A DNA stretch of 64,000 nt from assembly GCA_963839975.1 (NCBI GenBank), contig CAWIXA010000002.1, forward strand, positions 565,949-629,948. The letters run 5' to 3'. Numbering within the stretch: position 1 is the first letter of the stretch; each line of letters begins with the position of its first letter. This stretch comes from an uncultured Acidobacteriota bacterium (GTDB lineage Bacteria; Acidobacteriota; Terriglobia; Terriglobales; Acidobacteriaceae). Of this stretch, positions 19,504-27,855 are shown one piece after another. The notes under the pieces were generated by a model. The model did not search any database. It saw nothing but the letters and a program-made list of their open reading frames with translations, and was not told the origin of the DNA. The position numbers and the translations under genes are program-made.

Positions 19504-20879
19504 CGGATGCCACCACGCTCGTCCCGCCCGCGACCACGGCGAAGGCTGAGAAACGGAAGCGGTTAGCCGGAGCTTTTGGCCCGCGCTTTTTTCTGCTGAT
19601 GGCGATCGGGCTGGTCTGGCTTGGCGGGGCGTTCCATGATCCGCGATTCTTCTACGCGATGGCTGCGTGGGACGTTCTTGTCTTGATTGCATGGGGAATT
19701 GACCTGGCCAGCCTTCCCTCTCCCAAGAGTCTTTCTATCACTCGTCGCTGGAGCCGAGCGGCGGCGCTTTCGGTGCCCAACACGATTGAGTTGCTGCTGG
19801 AAAATTCCAGCCGGGTTACGGTAGTGGCGACGCTCATTGACAATGTTCCGCCGGAATTGCGGACGGCGGCGCCCGAGCTTGGGCTCAAGTGCCGCGGTCG
19901 AGGCGAAGCTGTAGTTTCCTATCAAATTACGCCTATGCGGCGTGGCGATATCGAGCTTGGGGCGGTTTACCTGCGTTATCAGACGCCCATGCGGCTGGCG
20001 GAACGCTGGGCGAGGGCGAGGGTGGAGCAGAAGGTCTGCGTCTATCCGAATCTCGAAGAAGCGCGGCAGCAGGCAATTTACCTGGTGCGCAGCCGGCAGA
20101 TCGAGATGGAAAAACGGCATACGCGGATTCGCGGCGCAGGGCGTGAATTTGAAAGCCTGCGCGAGTATCGCGAAGGCGATGAGTTTCGGGACATCTGCTG
20201 GACGGCAGCTGCCCGCCGCGGAAAACTGGTCACTCGCATCTTTCAGATCGAACGCAGCCAGACCATCTGGCTGGTGCTCGATGCCGGCCGCCTGATGCGG
20301 GCGCGGGTTTCGGGATTGAGCAAACTCGACTTTGCGGTGAACGCCGCGCTCAGCCTGGCCGAGGTCGCGCTCGGAACCGGAGACCGCGTCGGCCTGCTGG
20401 CTTATGGACGGCAGGTGCAGAAGCGCATGCTGCCTTATCGCGGCAGCGCGCATTTGCGGCAGATGATTCAACAGTTGGCATACGTCAAGGAAGACCCGCT
20501 CGAAGGCGATCACCTGCAAGCGGTCAGCGCGCTGTTGAACACACAGAAGCGGCGCAGCCTGATGGTGTGGCTGACAGACTTTCCTGAAACTGCGATGACG
20601 CCGGAAGTGATCGATGCGGCCTCCGAGGCTGCGTCAAAGCATTTGGTTCTATTCGTAGTCATCGGCCAGCCGGACCTGGCTGCATTGGCGGCGGGCGATC
20701 CAGATTCAGTGACCAACATGTATCGAACAACAGCGGCGCAGGAGACTATGCATCGACGAGAAGTACTGCTCGCCAAGCTGCGGCAGCGGGGAGCGTTGGC
20801 GGTGGAAGTCAGTTCAGCCGCGGCGTCGGTTACGGTGGTGAATTCTTACTTGGATGTGAAGCACAGGAATTTGCTGTAG
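19500..20879 (+). CDS. DUF58 protein (vWA-like partner of MoxR)
   Basis: The DUF58 signature is GAGREFESLREYREGDEFRDICWTAAARRGKLVTRIFQIERSQTIWLVLDAG. Two N-terminal TM segments are present. The GTG start overlaps the MoxR stop (GTGA). Confidence 0.9.
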   Translation: MTDATTLVPPATTAKAEKRKRLAGAFGPRFFLLMAIGLVWLGGAFHDPRFFYAMAAWDVLVLIAWGIDLASLPSPKSLSITRRWSRAAALSVPNTIELLLENSSRVTVVATLIDNVPPELRTAAPELGLKCRGRGEAVVSYQITPMRRGDIELGAVYLRYQTPMRLAERWARARVEQKVCVYPNLEEARQQAIYLVRSRQIEMEKRHTRIRGAGREFESLREYREGDEFRDICWTAAARRGKLVTRIFQIERSQTIWLVLDAGRLMRARVSGLSKLDFAVNAALSLAEVALGTGDRVGLLAYGRQVQKRMLPYRGSAHLRQMIQQLAYVKEDPLEGDHLQAVSALLNTQKRRSLMVWLTDFPETAMTPEVIDAASEAASKHLVLFVVIGQPDLAALAAGDPDSVTNMYRTTAAQETMHRREVLLAKLRQRGALAVEVSSAAASVTVVNSYLDVKHRNLL

Positions 20880-20890
20880 AGGGAACGTCG

Positions 20891-21526
20891 ATGGCAAAGA
20901 GTTTACGGACATTGTTGCTGATCACATGGGTCATTGCGGCCGCAAGGTCAAACCCTGCTCAAGAGGCCAGAGAGATCACCAATACCGAGCCGGGAGTTTA
21001 TGTTCTCGCGGACTTGTTCAGGCGGGCTGACACCGTTGCCCTGGTGAAAATCGTCTCCGGCGATACAGAAGCATACGAGATAGCGGTCTACAAAGCCGAG
21101 GTGGTAAGGAGTTTTAAGGGCTCCGCATCGGGGCGGGTCATCTACTTCGGTCCGTATGTTGGAAAAGAGCTCGGATCGGAATACTTCGTGTTCCTTCGCA
21201 GGGTATCCGAGCCCTTGAATCCGAAGACGCCGGCAGCATCTGGATACGGAACTATTCACTACGAGGAAACTTTCAACCAAGGTTACAGCGCGATGATGAC
21301 TTCATATGAGTGTGTCTTTAGTGGAAAGGAAATCGCAGATCAATGCGGAGACGCTGCAAGGGTTTGCACAGATTACATCAAGCTGCCAAAAGCAATTCCC
21401 ATCTCTCCCCCGATGACCAAAGACACCCCGTTCGGTTGCCGTTGGGTAAGGAAGCCTATTTTCACTTCGTTACTTCAGGCAATCGGTGACTCCAAGGAAC
21501 CTTCTCGTCCCGCCCCGAACAAATAA
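20891..21526 (+). CDS. Secreted hypothetical protein
   Basis: This 211-aa ORF has a signal peptide (MAKSLRTLLLITWVIAAARS). I recognise no family. It is visibly more AT-rich than its neighbours and lies 11 nt after the DUF58 stop. Confidence 0.5.
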   Translation: MAKSLRTLLLITWVIAAARSNPAQEAREITNTEPGVYVLADLFRRADTVALVKIVSGDTEAYEIAVYKAEVVRSFKGSASGRVIYFGPYVGKELGSEYFVFLRRVSEPLNPKTPAASGYGTIHYEETFNQGYSAMMTSYECVFSGKEIADQCGDAARVCTDYIKLPKAIPISPPMTKDTPFGCRWVRKPIFTSLLQAIGDSKEPSRPAPNK

Positions 21527-22443
21527 GCGCACAGCAGCACAAACAGCGCCGCCGACATCGCAAACTTCAGCGGCACCGCCAACCCAGTCGGAGACACGAA
21601 AGCTTCAATCGTCCCCGCGATAATCAGGATCGGAACAGTTCCCAGCACCAGCGTCGTCGCTTCCCTTCCGGCGAGCGCCAACGAATCTCTCCGCGGGAGC
21701 ATTCCGGGAAACAACAAGCCATGGGCGATTTTGAATCCCGCGCCGCCGGCAAGAAAAATTGCAGGCAGTTCCAGAGCCCCGTGTGGAGCGACAAAACTCC
21801 ACAGGCTCAAACTCATTCCCGACAGGCTGCACGCCGTCCCGATCACTCCCATGAGCAGCCCATTGAAAAACATCATGTAGATCGTGCCCAGCCCCGCGGT
21901 GATTCCGGTTGCATAGGTCATGAACGAGACGCTCATGTTGTTGGTCATGATCTCGCTCGAGGCCAGCGGTTTCACCGAGATGATGGAATGGGTCCACATT
22001 TCTTTGCGCTGGATGGTCTGCACCATTTTGGGGCCGAGGACCTGCAACTGGAAATCCGGGTCTTGCAGGGTGAGTGCGACTCCGGCGAGGCCGCCAGCCA
22101 CAAAAACGGCCACGGCGAGGGCGCAATATTTCAGGTTTCGGCGGAAGACGCGCGGATATTCTTCCTTGAAAAACGCAAAAATGGCCCACGGACTCGCGCG
22201 ATGGCCTACGTAAATGATATTGTGGGCGCGCGTCATCAATTGATTGAGATAACGCGCAAAATGGACAGAACTGGGATCTTGCCGGATGGCAGCGAGGTCG
22301 GCGGCAGTTTGGCGGTATAAGAGGCTGAGTTCCTGAAGTTCGCCGTGGCTGAGCGACTTCACGCCTCTGCTGGCGCTGGCGACCAGGGCTTCCAGCTTCT
22401 GCCAGTACGGTTTGCGTTTTTCAATCCAGTGAGTGGAGATCAA
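21475..22443 (-). CDS. SpoIIM-like (stage II sporulation protein M / DUF95 family) membrane protein
   Basis: The N-terminal soluble region is WQKLEALV...LSLLYRQTAADLAAIRQ. A multi-TM core follows, with the family motif PHGALELPAIFLAGGAGFKIA. The start codon is TTG. Confidence 0.75.
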   Translation of the reverse strand: MISTHWIEKRKPYWQKLEALVASASRGVKSLSHGELQELSLLYRQTAADLAAIRQDPSSVHFARYLNQLMTRAHNIIYVGHRASPWAIFAFFKEEYPRVFRRNLKYCALAVAVFVAGGLAGVALTLQDPDFQLQVLGPKMVQTIQRKEMWTHSIISVKPLASSEIMTNNMSVSFMTYATGITAGLGTIYMMFFNGLLMGVIGTACSLSGMSLSLWSFVAPHGALELPAIFLAGGAGFKIAHGLLFPGMLPRRDSLALAGREATTLVLGTVPILIIAGTIEAFVSPTGLAVPLKFAMSAALFVLLCAYLFGAGREGSLESPIA

Positions 22444-22445
22444 TT

Positions 22446-23228
22446 GTGCAGTCCCTTGACCGGTTCGATATAGATACTCCGGAGCAAATTGCGCTGGAGC
22501 TGCCGTTGGCAGGCATCGGCAGCCGCCTGCTGGCCATCGCGACCGATAGTTTACTGCAAGTGGTCTTCGTACTCGTGCTGTTTCTTATTGGGGCAGTGGT
22601 TTCAGCGACAAGTAGTTCACCGCTGGGTTTTGGAGAGTATGGCCGTTTCTTCTCGCAGACGGTTGGCGCAATTCTTTTGGTGCTGGTTCCCTTCTGTCTT
22701 TACTGGGGGTACTTCGCGTTTTTTGAAATCATTTGGGGCGGGAAGACGCCGGGCAAGCGGCTGGCCGGGATTCGCGTCATCCACCAGAGCGGGCGCCCGA
22801 TGACGGCGGTCGAGTGTATTGGACGAAACCTCATGCGGGGAGTGGACTTTCTTCCCGGCGTGTACGGGGTTGGCCTGATCTGCATGATGTGCAATAAACA
22901 GAACCGCCGGGTGGGGGACTTTGTGGCAGGGACTATCGTGGTCCATGACAAGGCGCAGGAATCGGTGGCTCCGAGCTGGGGCAACCGCGTGGCGAGCGAG
23001 CCAGCGCTGCTGGAGTTGCGCAAGCTGGCTCCTGACGACCTGGTGCTGATCGAGACTTACCTAAGCCGCAGATACGAGGTGGACCCGGTGGTGCGCATCA
23101 CCACGGCCCAGCGCATTGTCGCCATGGTCACGCAAAAGACCGGGACGCCGAAGCCAGCGGAGCAAGCGGATGACGACTTCCTAGAGAACATCGCCCGGCA
23201 GCTTCGCGACGGTGCCAGCTTCCGGTAG
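22446..23228 (+). CDS. RDD-family membrane protein
   Basis: RLLAIATDSLLQ and WGGKTPGKRLAGIRVI are typical RDD-domain motifs. Three TM segments are present. The start is GTG. Confidence 0.8.
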   Translation: MQSLDRFDIDTPEQIALELPLAGIGSRLLAIATDSLLQVVFVLVLFLIGAVVSATSSSPLGFGEYGRFFSQTVGAILLVLVPFCLYWGYFAFFEIIWGGKTPGKRLAGIRVIHQSGRPMTAVECIGRNLMRGVDFLPGVYGVGLICMMCNKQNRRVGDFVAGTIVVHDKAQESVAPSWGNRVASEPALLELRKLAPDDLVLIETYLSRRYEVDPVVRITTAQRIVAMVTQKTGTPKPAEQADDDFLENIARQLRDGASFR

Positions 23229-23455
23229 AGCCCCCTTTTCGATTTTCATTTTTCCAATTTTTCGCGGACCTTGGATCGTGTCTCATAGCTTAACCGGTGT
23301 GAAGCTATCATTTCCTCACCCATTAAAAGACCAAGCTAGACAGCATCTCATCTCGAAGCGGTGCTCAAGCCTGGCCATTTTGATCCTCCTTGGTCTCGTT
23401 CGCACCGCCAATTGCAACGGAAGCAGACAATCGGTCGATCTGTGCCCAATCCGAG

Positions 23456-23863
23456 TCAACTGTTTCGCCCGCTCCCCTGCGAGGCGACCGCGGAGCCCGT
23501 CAACTCTTCAACTTGTTTCTCCAGTTCTTTCACTCTGCGCTCCGTCTCTTCCGCGGACAGAAGCCTCAGCATGGTGTTGAACAGGGGCGCCAGGCCGGCG
23601 GCCGTCCTCGGATGGAGACGCTTCGCGTATACGTCATCGATCATCTGGGCGACAGCGACTTTAACGGCACTGATCGAGTCGATTTGAGGCAAAGGGCGAG
23701 GTGCGTCGCTGACCACATGACGATTCTTGCGGCCGCCGGCCTGGCCTAGTCGTGCCGCCATCTCCGGGTTCGTGTGGAAGTAGCAGTATCCGCTGTCCGT
23801 GGCCGCGGCCGCGCATGGGTTCCCTTGCTTCGTTTTACCTCCGCAGCGGCTCGTCTCCGACAT
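23456..23863 (-). CDS. Hypothetical protein with an N-terminal Cys/His zinc-ribbon-like motif
   Basis: This is a 135-aa ORF. It begins MSETSRCGGKTKQGNPCAAAATDSGYCYFH and ends in a coiled coil (ERRVKELEKQVEEL). I recognise no family. Confidence 0.45.
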   Translation of the reverse strand: MSETSRCGGKTKQGNPCAAAATDSGYCYFHTNPEMAARLGQAGGRKNRHVVSDAPRPLPQIDSISAVKVAVAQMIDDVYAKRLHPRTAAGLAPLFNTMLRLLSAEETERRVKELEKQVEELTGSAVASQGSGRNS

Positions 23864-23948
23864 GGCCCCTATGCCTCCCTCGCGGCCCGAAGCTTTGCGC
23901 GAAATTCTTGTATCACCGCATCAATCCGCGCATTTCCTTTGGCAAATT

Positions 23949-24362
23949 CTATTCTGGCGGCTTCCGGGTCTTTTGCGGCGTTCTCCATAAAACGGGCGCC
24001 TTCAAGACATTGCGCCGCGCACTCTCGATTCGTAGCTCTTCTTCCGTTGGCATTGGACGCTTCCCCATCAAATAATCCCGGCCGCAATTCGGCGGACACT
24101 TACCGAACTCCCAATTACAGAATTCCCAATCTGGCCGCTGCAAAGGTGAGCTAGGTGGAGATTCAAAGATCATTCCAGGAGTGCGCAGCCCATGCACCGG
24201 ACACGGCACGTATAGGATCGCTTCCAGTTCCTCCACTGTGTGATAGTTGGTTTCGCAAATTCTCCGGCCCTTGCCTCTGCACGTGCACGCGGCCAGCGCG
24301 CGTGCTTCCCTTATGATCCTCACGGTGCGATCTATTCGATCTAATCTTTCTGATAGTCCCAT
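23949..24362 (-). CDS. Cys-rich hypothetical protein
   Basis: This is a 137-aa ORF containing CTCRGKGRRICE...CPVHG...CNWEFGKCPPNC. Its 3' part overlaps a second plausible frame (23869..24099), so the true end is unresolved. Confidence 0.35.
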   Translation of the reverse strand: MGLSERLDRIDRTVRIIREARALAACTCRGKGRRICETNYHTVEELEAILYVPCPVHGLRTPGMIFESPPSSPLQRPDWEFCNWEFGKCPPNCGRDYLMGKRPMPTEEELRIESARRNVLKAPVLWRTPQKTRKPPE

Positions 24363-24783
24363 TTCTACTCACGCAACGACGTCGACAAACCAGCTCCGCG
24401 AATAAATGTCGGGATTGGTTCTACGATTGACGTCTCTCCCTCTTAAAACGATTGCCCGGTACCAAAACCTTTCGGCCTTCCGGTTCAGGTATATCAAACA
24501 GCTTTGCGTCTTGGGAGATGGCTAGATTGGAACATGACAAACTTTGAACATGGAGGGAATTTCAGTCGTTTGGCAAAGTTGCAGCAACTATCTTGAAAGA
24601 CCGACGCCTCTTTTATCGGCGTCTAACTAGCCAAGTCGCTTTCTTTGGCCTTCTTCCACCGGGCCTCGGCCGCTTTCCGATCGATTTCCCGGCGCCGCGC
24701 TGCAGAAAGTTTTCGTTTCCGGGCCCTGCCACTTTAGCTGTTGTATGCGTATTGCCCCTGATAGGCGGTTGGGATCGCTAGGG

Positions 24784-24966
24784 TCAGGGTTGTTGCTTAC
24801 GTGCCCTCTCCTTTGCCCACCTTGCTTGAACTGCCTTGCGGGCAAGTGCGCGTCTCTCTTCCGGGCTAAGCAAAGCAATCCTTGCTTTTCCGCCCTTGAG
24901 TCCCCCTAATCGACCAAGCGCGACAGCGTTGGGGTTCTTGCTTCTTCCCTTTTTCGTTTTCGACAT
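24784..24966 (-). CDS. Small basic protein (60 aa), phage-associated type
   Basis: The sequence is MSKTKKGRSKNPNAVALGRLGGLKGGKARIALLSPEERRALARKAVQARWAKERARKQQP. It is divergent from the island's plus-strand operon. Confidence 0.5.
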   Translation of the reverse strand: MSKTKKGRSKNPNAVALGRLGGLKGGKARIALLSPEERRALARKAVQARWAKERARKQQP

Positions 24967-25051
24967 ACTGGTCAGAATACGCGATAGGCGATTCGAAAAT
25001 CTATTTAGTTCTTAGCTTCCGGGGCACGCACTGATCCACGCAGAATTGTCC

Positions 25052-25101
25052 TTGACGACACCAGACCGCTCTAGTATAGTAATTGTACTAGAGCGGTCTG
25101 G
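25052..25101 (+). promoter_or_regulatory. Near-consensus sigma-70 promoter overlapped by a perfect 16-bp inverted repeat (operator)
   Basis: The promoter is TTGACG (25052..25057), a 17-nt spacer, then TATAGT (25075..25080). The repeat arms are CCAGACCGCTCTAGTA (25061..25076) and TACTAGAGCGGTCTGG (25086..25101), separated by 9 nt. It lies immediately upstream of ATG 25103. Confidence 0.55.
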
Positions 25102-25102
25102 C

Positions 25103-25909
25103 ATGGAAAGGTGGCTTACTGTGAAGGCAACAACAAGTTCTACGAGAAGAAACGCACGACGTGAGTTCGCACAGGCCAAAGCATTGTGGGGACCATTTAC
25201 GGAAATCGCTCAGATGACCCTTGAGTTGCTGCTAATGCAGTATCGGTTCTCGGTCCTGAGGGGCGACCTGCTGTACCTCGAACAGCGTTGGTACGTAACG
25301 CATACCGGCCTCCTGAGCGTCGCCAAACGAAGACACTGCTGCGGTATCAGAGTGCGACCCGTGCGTGAATTCTCTGATCCGACTAACGGTCGTTACGCAT
25401 TCCAAGCCACGGTCTTCAAGTCTCGTGCCTGTAAGGGCTTCACCGGCTACGGCGATGCCGATCCGTCCAACGTTTCTCCGCTCGTCCGCGGCGCAGAGAT
25501 GCGCATCGCTGAAACCCGGGCCGTCAATCGTGCTTTGCGCAAGGCCTATGGCATCGGCATCTGCTCGGTCGAGGAGATCGGAGCGTTTTCAGGCCAGTCC
25601 CCAACCAAACGCGAAGCGAACCACGAAACCAGGAAACTCCCTCCCCAGCCGGTGAACGGCAACGGCTCGAACGGGAACGGGACGCGAGTCCGCGACCGCC
25701 TTTGCCAAATCATCCGCCAGCATCAGCTCGATGCCACTCTGGTTAAGTCCTATGCCGTGGACTTCTGTGGCACCAAGACTCTGCGCGAAGCCACCCGCGA
25801 ACAGGTCGAAGCCTTCGTCGTCCACCTCGCCGATTGGGCTGAGAAAGATCGCATTGCCCTGCTCTGCCAACTGAACAGTTATCAGCGTTCCCAGGAAGGT
25901 GCCGCATGA
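25103..25909 (+). CDS. Rad52/Sak-like single-strand annealing protein (putative)
   Basis: YVTHTGLLSVAKR...NGRYAFQATVFKS...GYGDADPSNV...AEMRIAETRAVNRALRKAYGIGICSVEE follows the Rad52 N-domain pattern (Y[IV]xxH, NGxF/Y, GYG, AxTxAxxRALRxxGxGxC). I prefer the start at 25103 over the track's TTG 25046, which lies inside the promoter. Confidence 0.55.
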   Translation: MERWLTVKATTSSTRRNARREFAQAKALWGPFTEIAQMTLELLLMQYRFSVLRGDLLYLEQRWYVTHTGLLSVAKRRHCCGIRVRPVREFSDPTNGRYAFQATVFKSRACKGFTGYGDADPSNVSPLVRGAEMRIAETRAVNRALRKAYGIGICSVEEIGAFSGQSPTKREANHETRKLPPQPVNGNGSNGNGTRVRDRLCQIIRQHQLDATLVKSYAVDFCGTKTLREATREQVEAFVVHLADWAEKDRIALLCQLNSYQRSQEGAA

Positions 25910-26346
25910 AACGCTATATTTCAGGTCTCAACCAGGCCAATGCCTCGAGCACCGAGGGCATGGTCGATGGACTGTTCCTGGTACGCGTCGAGCGCGCCCA
26001 ACATCGTTGGCATGGACAGAAGCCTTACTACCTTCTCCGCTTTGTTGTGCTCGAACCCAAAGTTCTGGCTGGAAGATCAATCACCGGCCGCCTCTACTGC
26101 ACGCCCAAGGCACTCTGGAAGGTGAACTGGTTCCTGCGCGATTTCGGCTACGACAGCGAATTGCTTGGACGCGACGAGATCGACGACAAGAGTCTGGTCG
26201 GCCTGCACGGCGTGGTCAAGATCAGCCATTCGGTGGTCAATGGCACTTCCCTACTGAACCTAGACGGCTTTGCTCCAGCCAGTCAGTGGGAAGTCCTCTC
26301 CGCAGGGATCGAGACTCACCTCTCCGGTTCGCAGGTGGCGTCATGA
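25906..26346 (+). CDS. Hypothetical phage protein (146 aa)
   Basis: It is translationally coupled at both ends (ATGA overlaps at 25906 and 26343). I recognise no family. Its position between the annealing protein and the nuclease would suit an SSB-like accessory protein, which is speculative. Confidence 0.45.
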   Translation: MKRYISGLNQANASSTEGMVDGLFLVRVERAQHRWHGQKPYYLLRFVVLEPKVLAGRSITGRLYCTPKALWKVNWFLRDFGYDSELLGRDEIDDKSLVGLHGVVKISHSVVNGTSLLNLDGFAPASQWEVLSAGIETHLSGSQVAS

Positions 26347-27146
26347 CCTACAGCTACACCCAGATCAGCCAGTACATGAGCTGCCCACGCAAGTATCGCC
26401 ACCGTTACCTCGACGGTTGGCAGGAGAAAGACACCCGGGCCGCCATGCTCTTCGGGCGCGCCTTTGAACAAGCCCTGGCCGCCTACTTCCGTCGCGAGGA
26501 CGCTGCGGTTGCTCTTTACAAGGAGTGGGTGAGCTATCAAAAGCAGGATTTACATTACTCCGAGCGCGACAGCTGGGACCGTATGTTGCAGCAAGGTGTT
26601 CAGCTACTCGACCGCTTCTGCCAGGAAGATCGCATTCGTATTCGCCAGCCCCGACAGAACCAGCAGATCAAGTTCACGCGGCCGCTCCCGTCCGGCAATG
26701 ACTTCGTCGCCTATGTCGATGCCATCGGGCAGCTTGATGGCGCCGACTGCCTGCTCGAGTGGAAGACCACCTCCAGCCGTTATCCCGAACAACCGGAGGG
26801 ACTGCTGGCTCTCGACCCTCAATTGGTCTGCTACTCCTGGATCACCGGCATCCCGGAAGTTGCGCAGGTGGTGTTCGTGCGCAAGCGCCTGATCGAGATC
26901 CAGTACTTCCGCACTACCATCACCGACGAGCAGCGCCAGGAGTTCGGGCAACTGGTCTCCTCGACCGTCCAGCAGATCGAGTCGGCGCAGTTCTTGCCGC
27001 ACAGCGGTATTCGCTTTCCGCAGAACCCCTGCAGCAGCTGCCCCTATGTGGGCCTGTGCCTGGGGAAACCAGAACTCGCCGCGGCGTCGCTGGTCCGGCG
27101 GCCAGGAGCAGAAAACCTTGGTTGGCTTGACGAGCTTACTTACTAA
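26343..27146 (+). CDS. PD-(D/E)XK nuclease, Cas4/RecB-exonuclease-like, with a four-Cys cluster
   Basis: It begins at the internal ATG 26343: MTYSYTQISQYMSCPRKYRHRYLDGW. The core motif is YVDAIGQL...CLLEWKTT (D...ExK). C-terminal cysteines are CSSCPYVGLC. The upstream 148 codons of track ORF 25899.. overlap the previous gene. Confidence 0.75.
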   Translation: MTYSYTQISQYMSCPRKYRHRYLDGWQEKDTRAAMLFGRAFEQALAAYFRREDAAVALYKEWVSYQKQDLHYSERDSWDRMLQQGVQLLDRFCQEDRIRIRQPRQNQQIKFTRPLPSGNDFVAYVDAIGQLDGADCLLEWKTTSSRYPEQPEGLLALDPQLVCYSWITGIPEVAQVVFVRKRLIEIQYFRTTITDEQRQEFGQLVSSTVQQIESAQFLPHSGIRFPQNPCSSCPYVGLCLGKPELAAASLVRRPGAENLGWLDELTY

Positions 27147-27156
27147 GAATCCGCCC

Positions 27157-27855
27157 ATGCTACCGAAGCTCAATCCGCGGCGCGCCCTGTTCGTGCTCTC
27201 GAAGATCGATGAGATTCTCGCCTGGGAGCAGCGCAAGGAAGCGGAGAAAGACACCCACTTCGTGGAACTGGGCAGATATCTCTGTGAAGTCCGGGCCGGC
27301 CAGTACTGGCGCCTCGAGAAGCTGAAATCCTTTGATGAGTTTCTGGAGCGAAGGTTTCCGGAATCGAGGCGCAAGGCCTATTACCTGATGTCGATCCATG
27401 AGCACCTGCCGGCACCGGTCAAGCACGAGTTGAAGCAGGTGGGCTGGACCAAAGGGCTGGAACTGGCGAAGTTAGCCAGACGAAGAGATGGGCAGGAGTT
27501 CGATTGTGCAACCTGGTTGCACAAGGCTCGTGAGCTGCCGAAAGAAGAGTTCCGCCGCGCGGTGGAGAAAGAGCTGACGGGGAAAGACAAGGAGCCCTCG
27601 GAACTCGTGTACTTCAAGCTCTACAAGAGCCAGATTCCGGTGGTTGAGCAGGCGCTGGAGACCGCGGCTCTGATGCTCGGTACCGATAAGTCGCGGGGCT
27701 ACTGCCTGGAAATGATCTGCGCCGACTTCCTGGCCGGAGCTACTCTTGACGGCGGCGATCCCGAGCTGCTGCTGCAGTCGCAGCGGCGATTTTTCCGGTT
27801 TCTTGGTCGCGAGCAGCAAGAGAGGTTCATCGCCGAAGTGACTAGCCCATCATGA
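27157..27855 (+). CDS. Hypothetical phage-related protein
   Basis: This 232-aa ORF starts at ATG 27157. The segment GQYWRLEKLKSFDEFLERRFPESRRKAYYLMSIHEHL resembles phage DNA-binding accessory proteins. I cannot name a family with confidence. Confidence 0.45.
   Translation: MLPKLNPRRALFVLSKIDEILAWEQRKEAEKDTHFVELGRYLCEVRAGQYWRLEKLKSFDEFLERRFPESRRKAYYLMSIHEHLPAPVKHELKQVGWTKGLELAKLARRRDGQEFDCATWLHKARELPKEEFRRAVEKELTGKDKEPSELVYFKLYKSQIPVVEQALETAALMLGTDKSRGYCLEMICADFLAGATLDGGDPELLLQSQRRFFRFLGREQQERFIAEVTSPS

Noticed and set aside
18556-20879. The MoxR and DUF58 pair as a vWA-MoxR type conflict or defence system.
   Set aside because: No effector or VMAP-like partner and no nuclease, protease or TIR-type domains are adjacent. 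The neighbours (DUF4129, DUF4350, SpoIIM-like, RDD) match the widespread housekeeping-type cluster instead.
23869-24099. A 76-aa minus-strand ORF overlapping the 3' part of ORF 23949..24362.
   Set aside because: I cannot decide by eye whether this is a separate gene, a frameshift continuation or a shadow ORF. I left it uncalled and noted it under the 23949..24362 feature.
24603-24623. The hairpin GACGCC-N9-GGCGTC as a terminator for the 60-aa gene.
   Set aside because: It has only a 6-bp stem with a 9-nt loop. It lies about 160 nt from the stop and is followed by a weak T tract.
25899-26342. A 148-codon N-terminal extension of the nuclease ORF. Similar extensions occur at 17102..17389 and 12196..12420.
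   Set aside because: The extensions overlap well-supported upstream genes or lack coding character. Internal ATGs with an RBS, ATGA coupling or a signal peptide give sensible protein N-termini.
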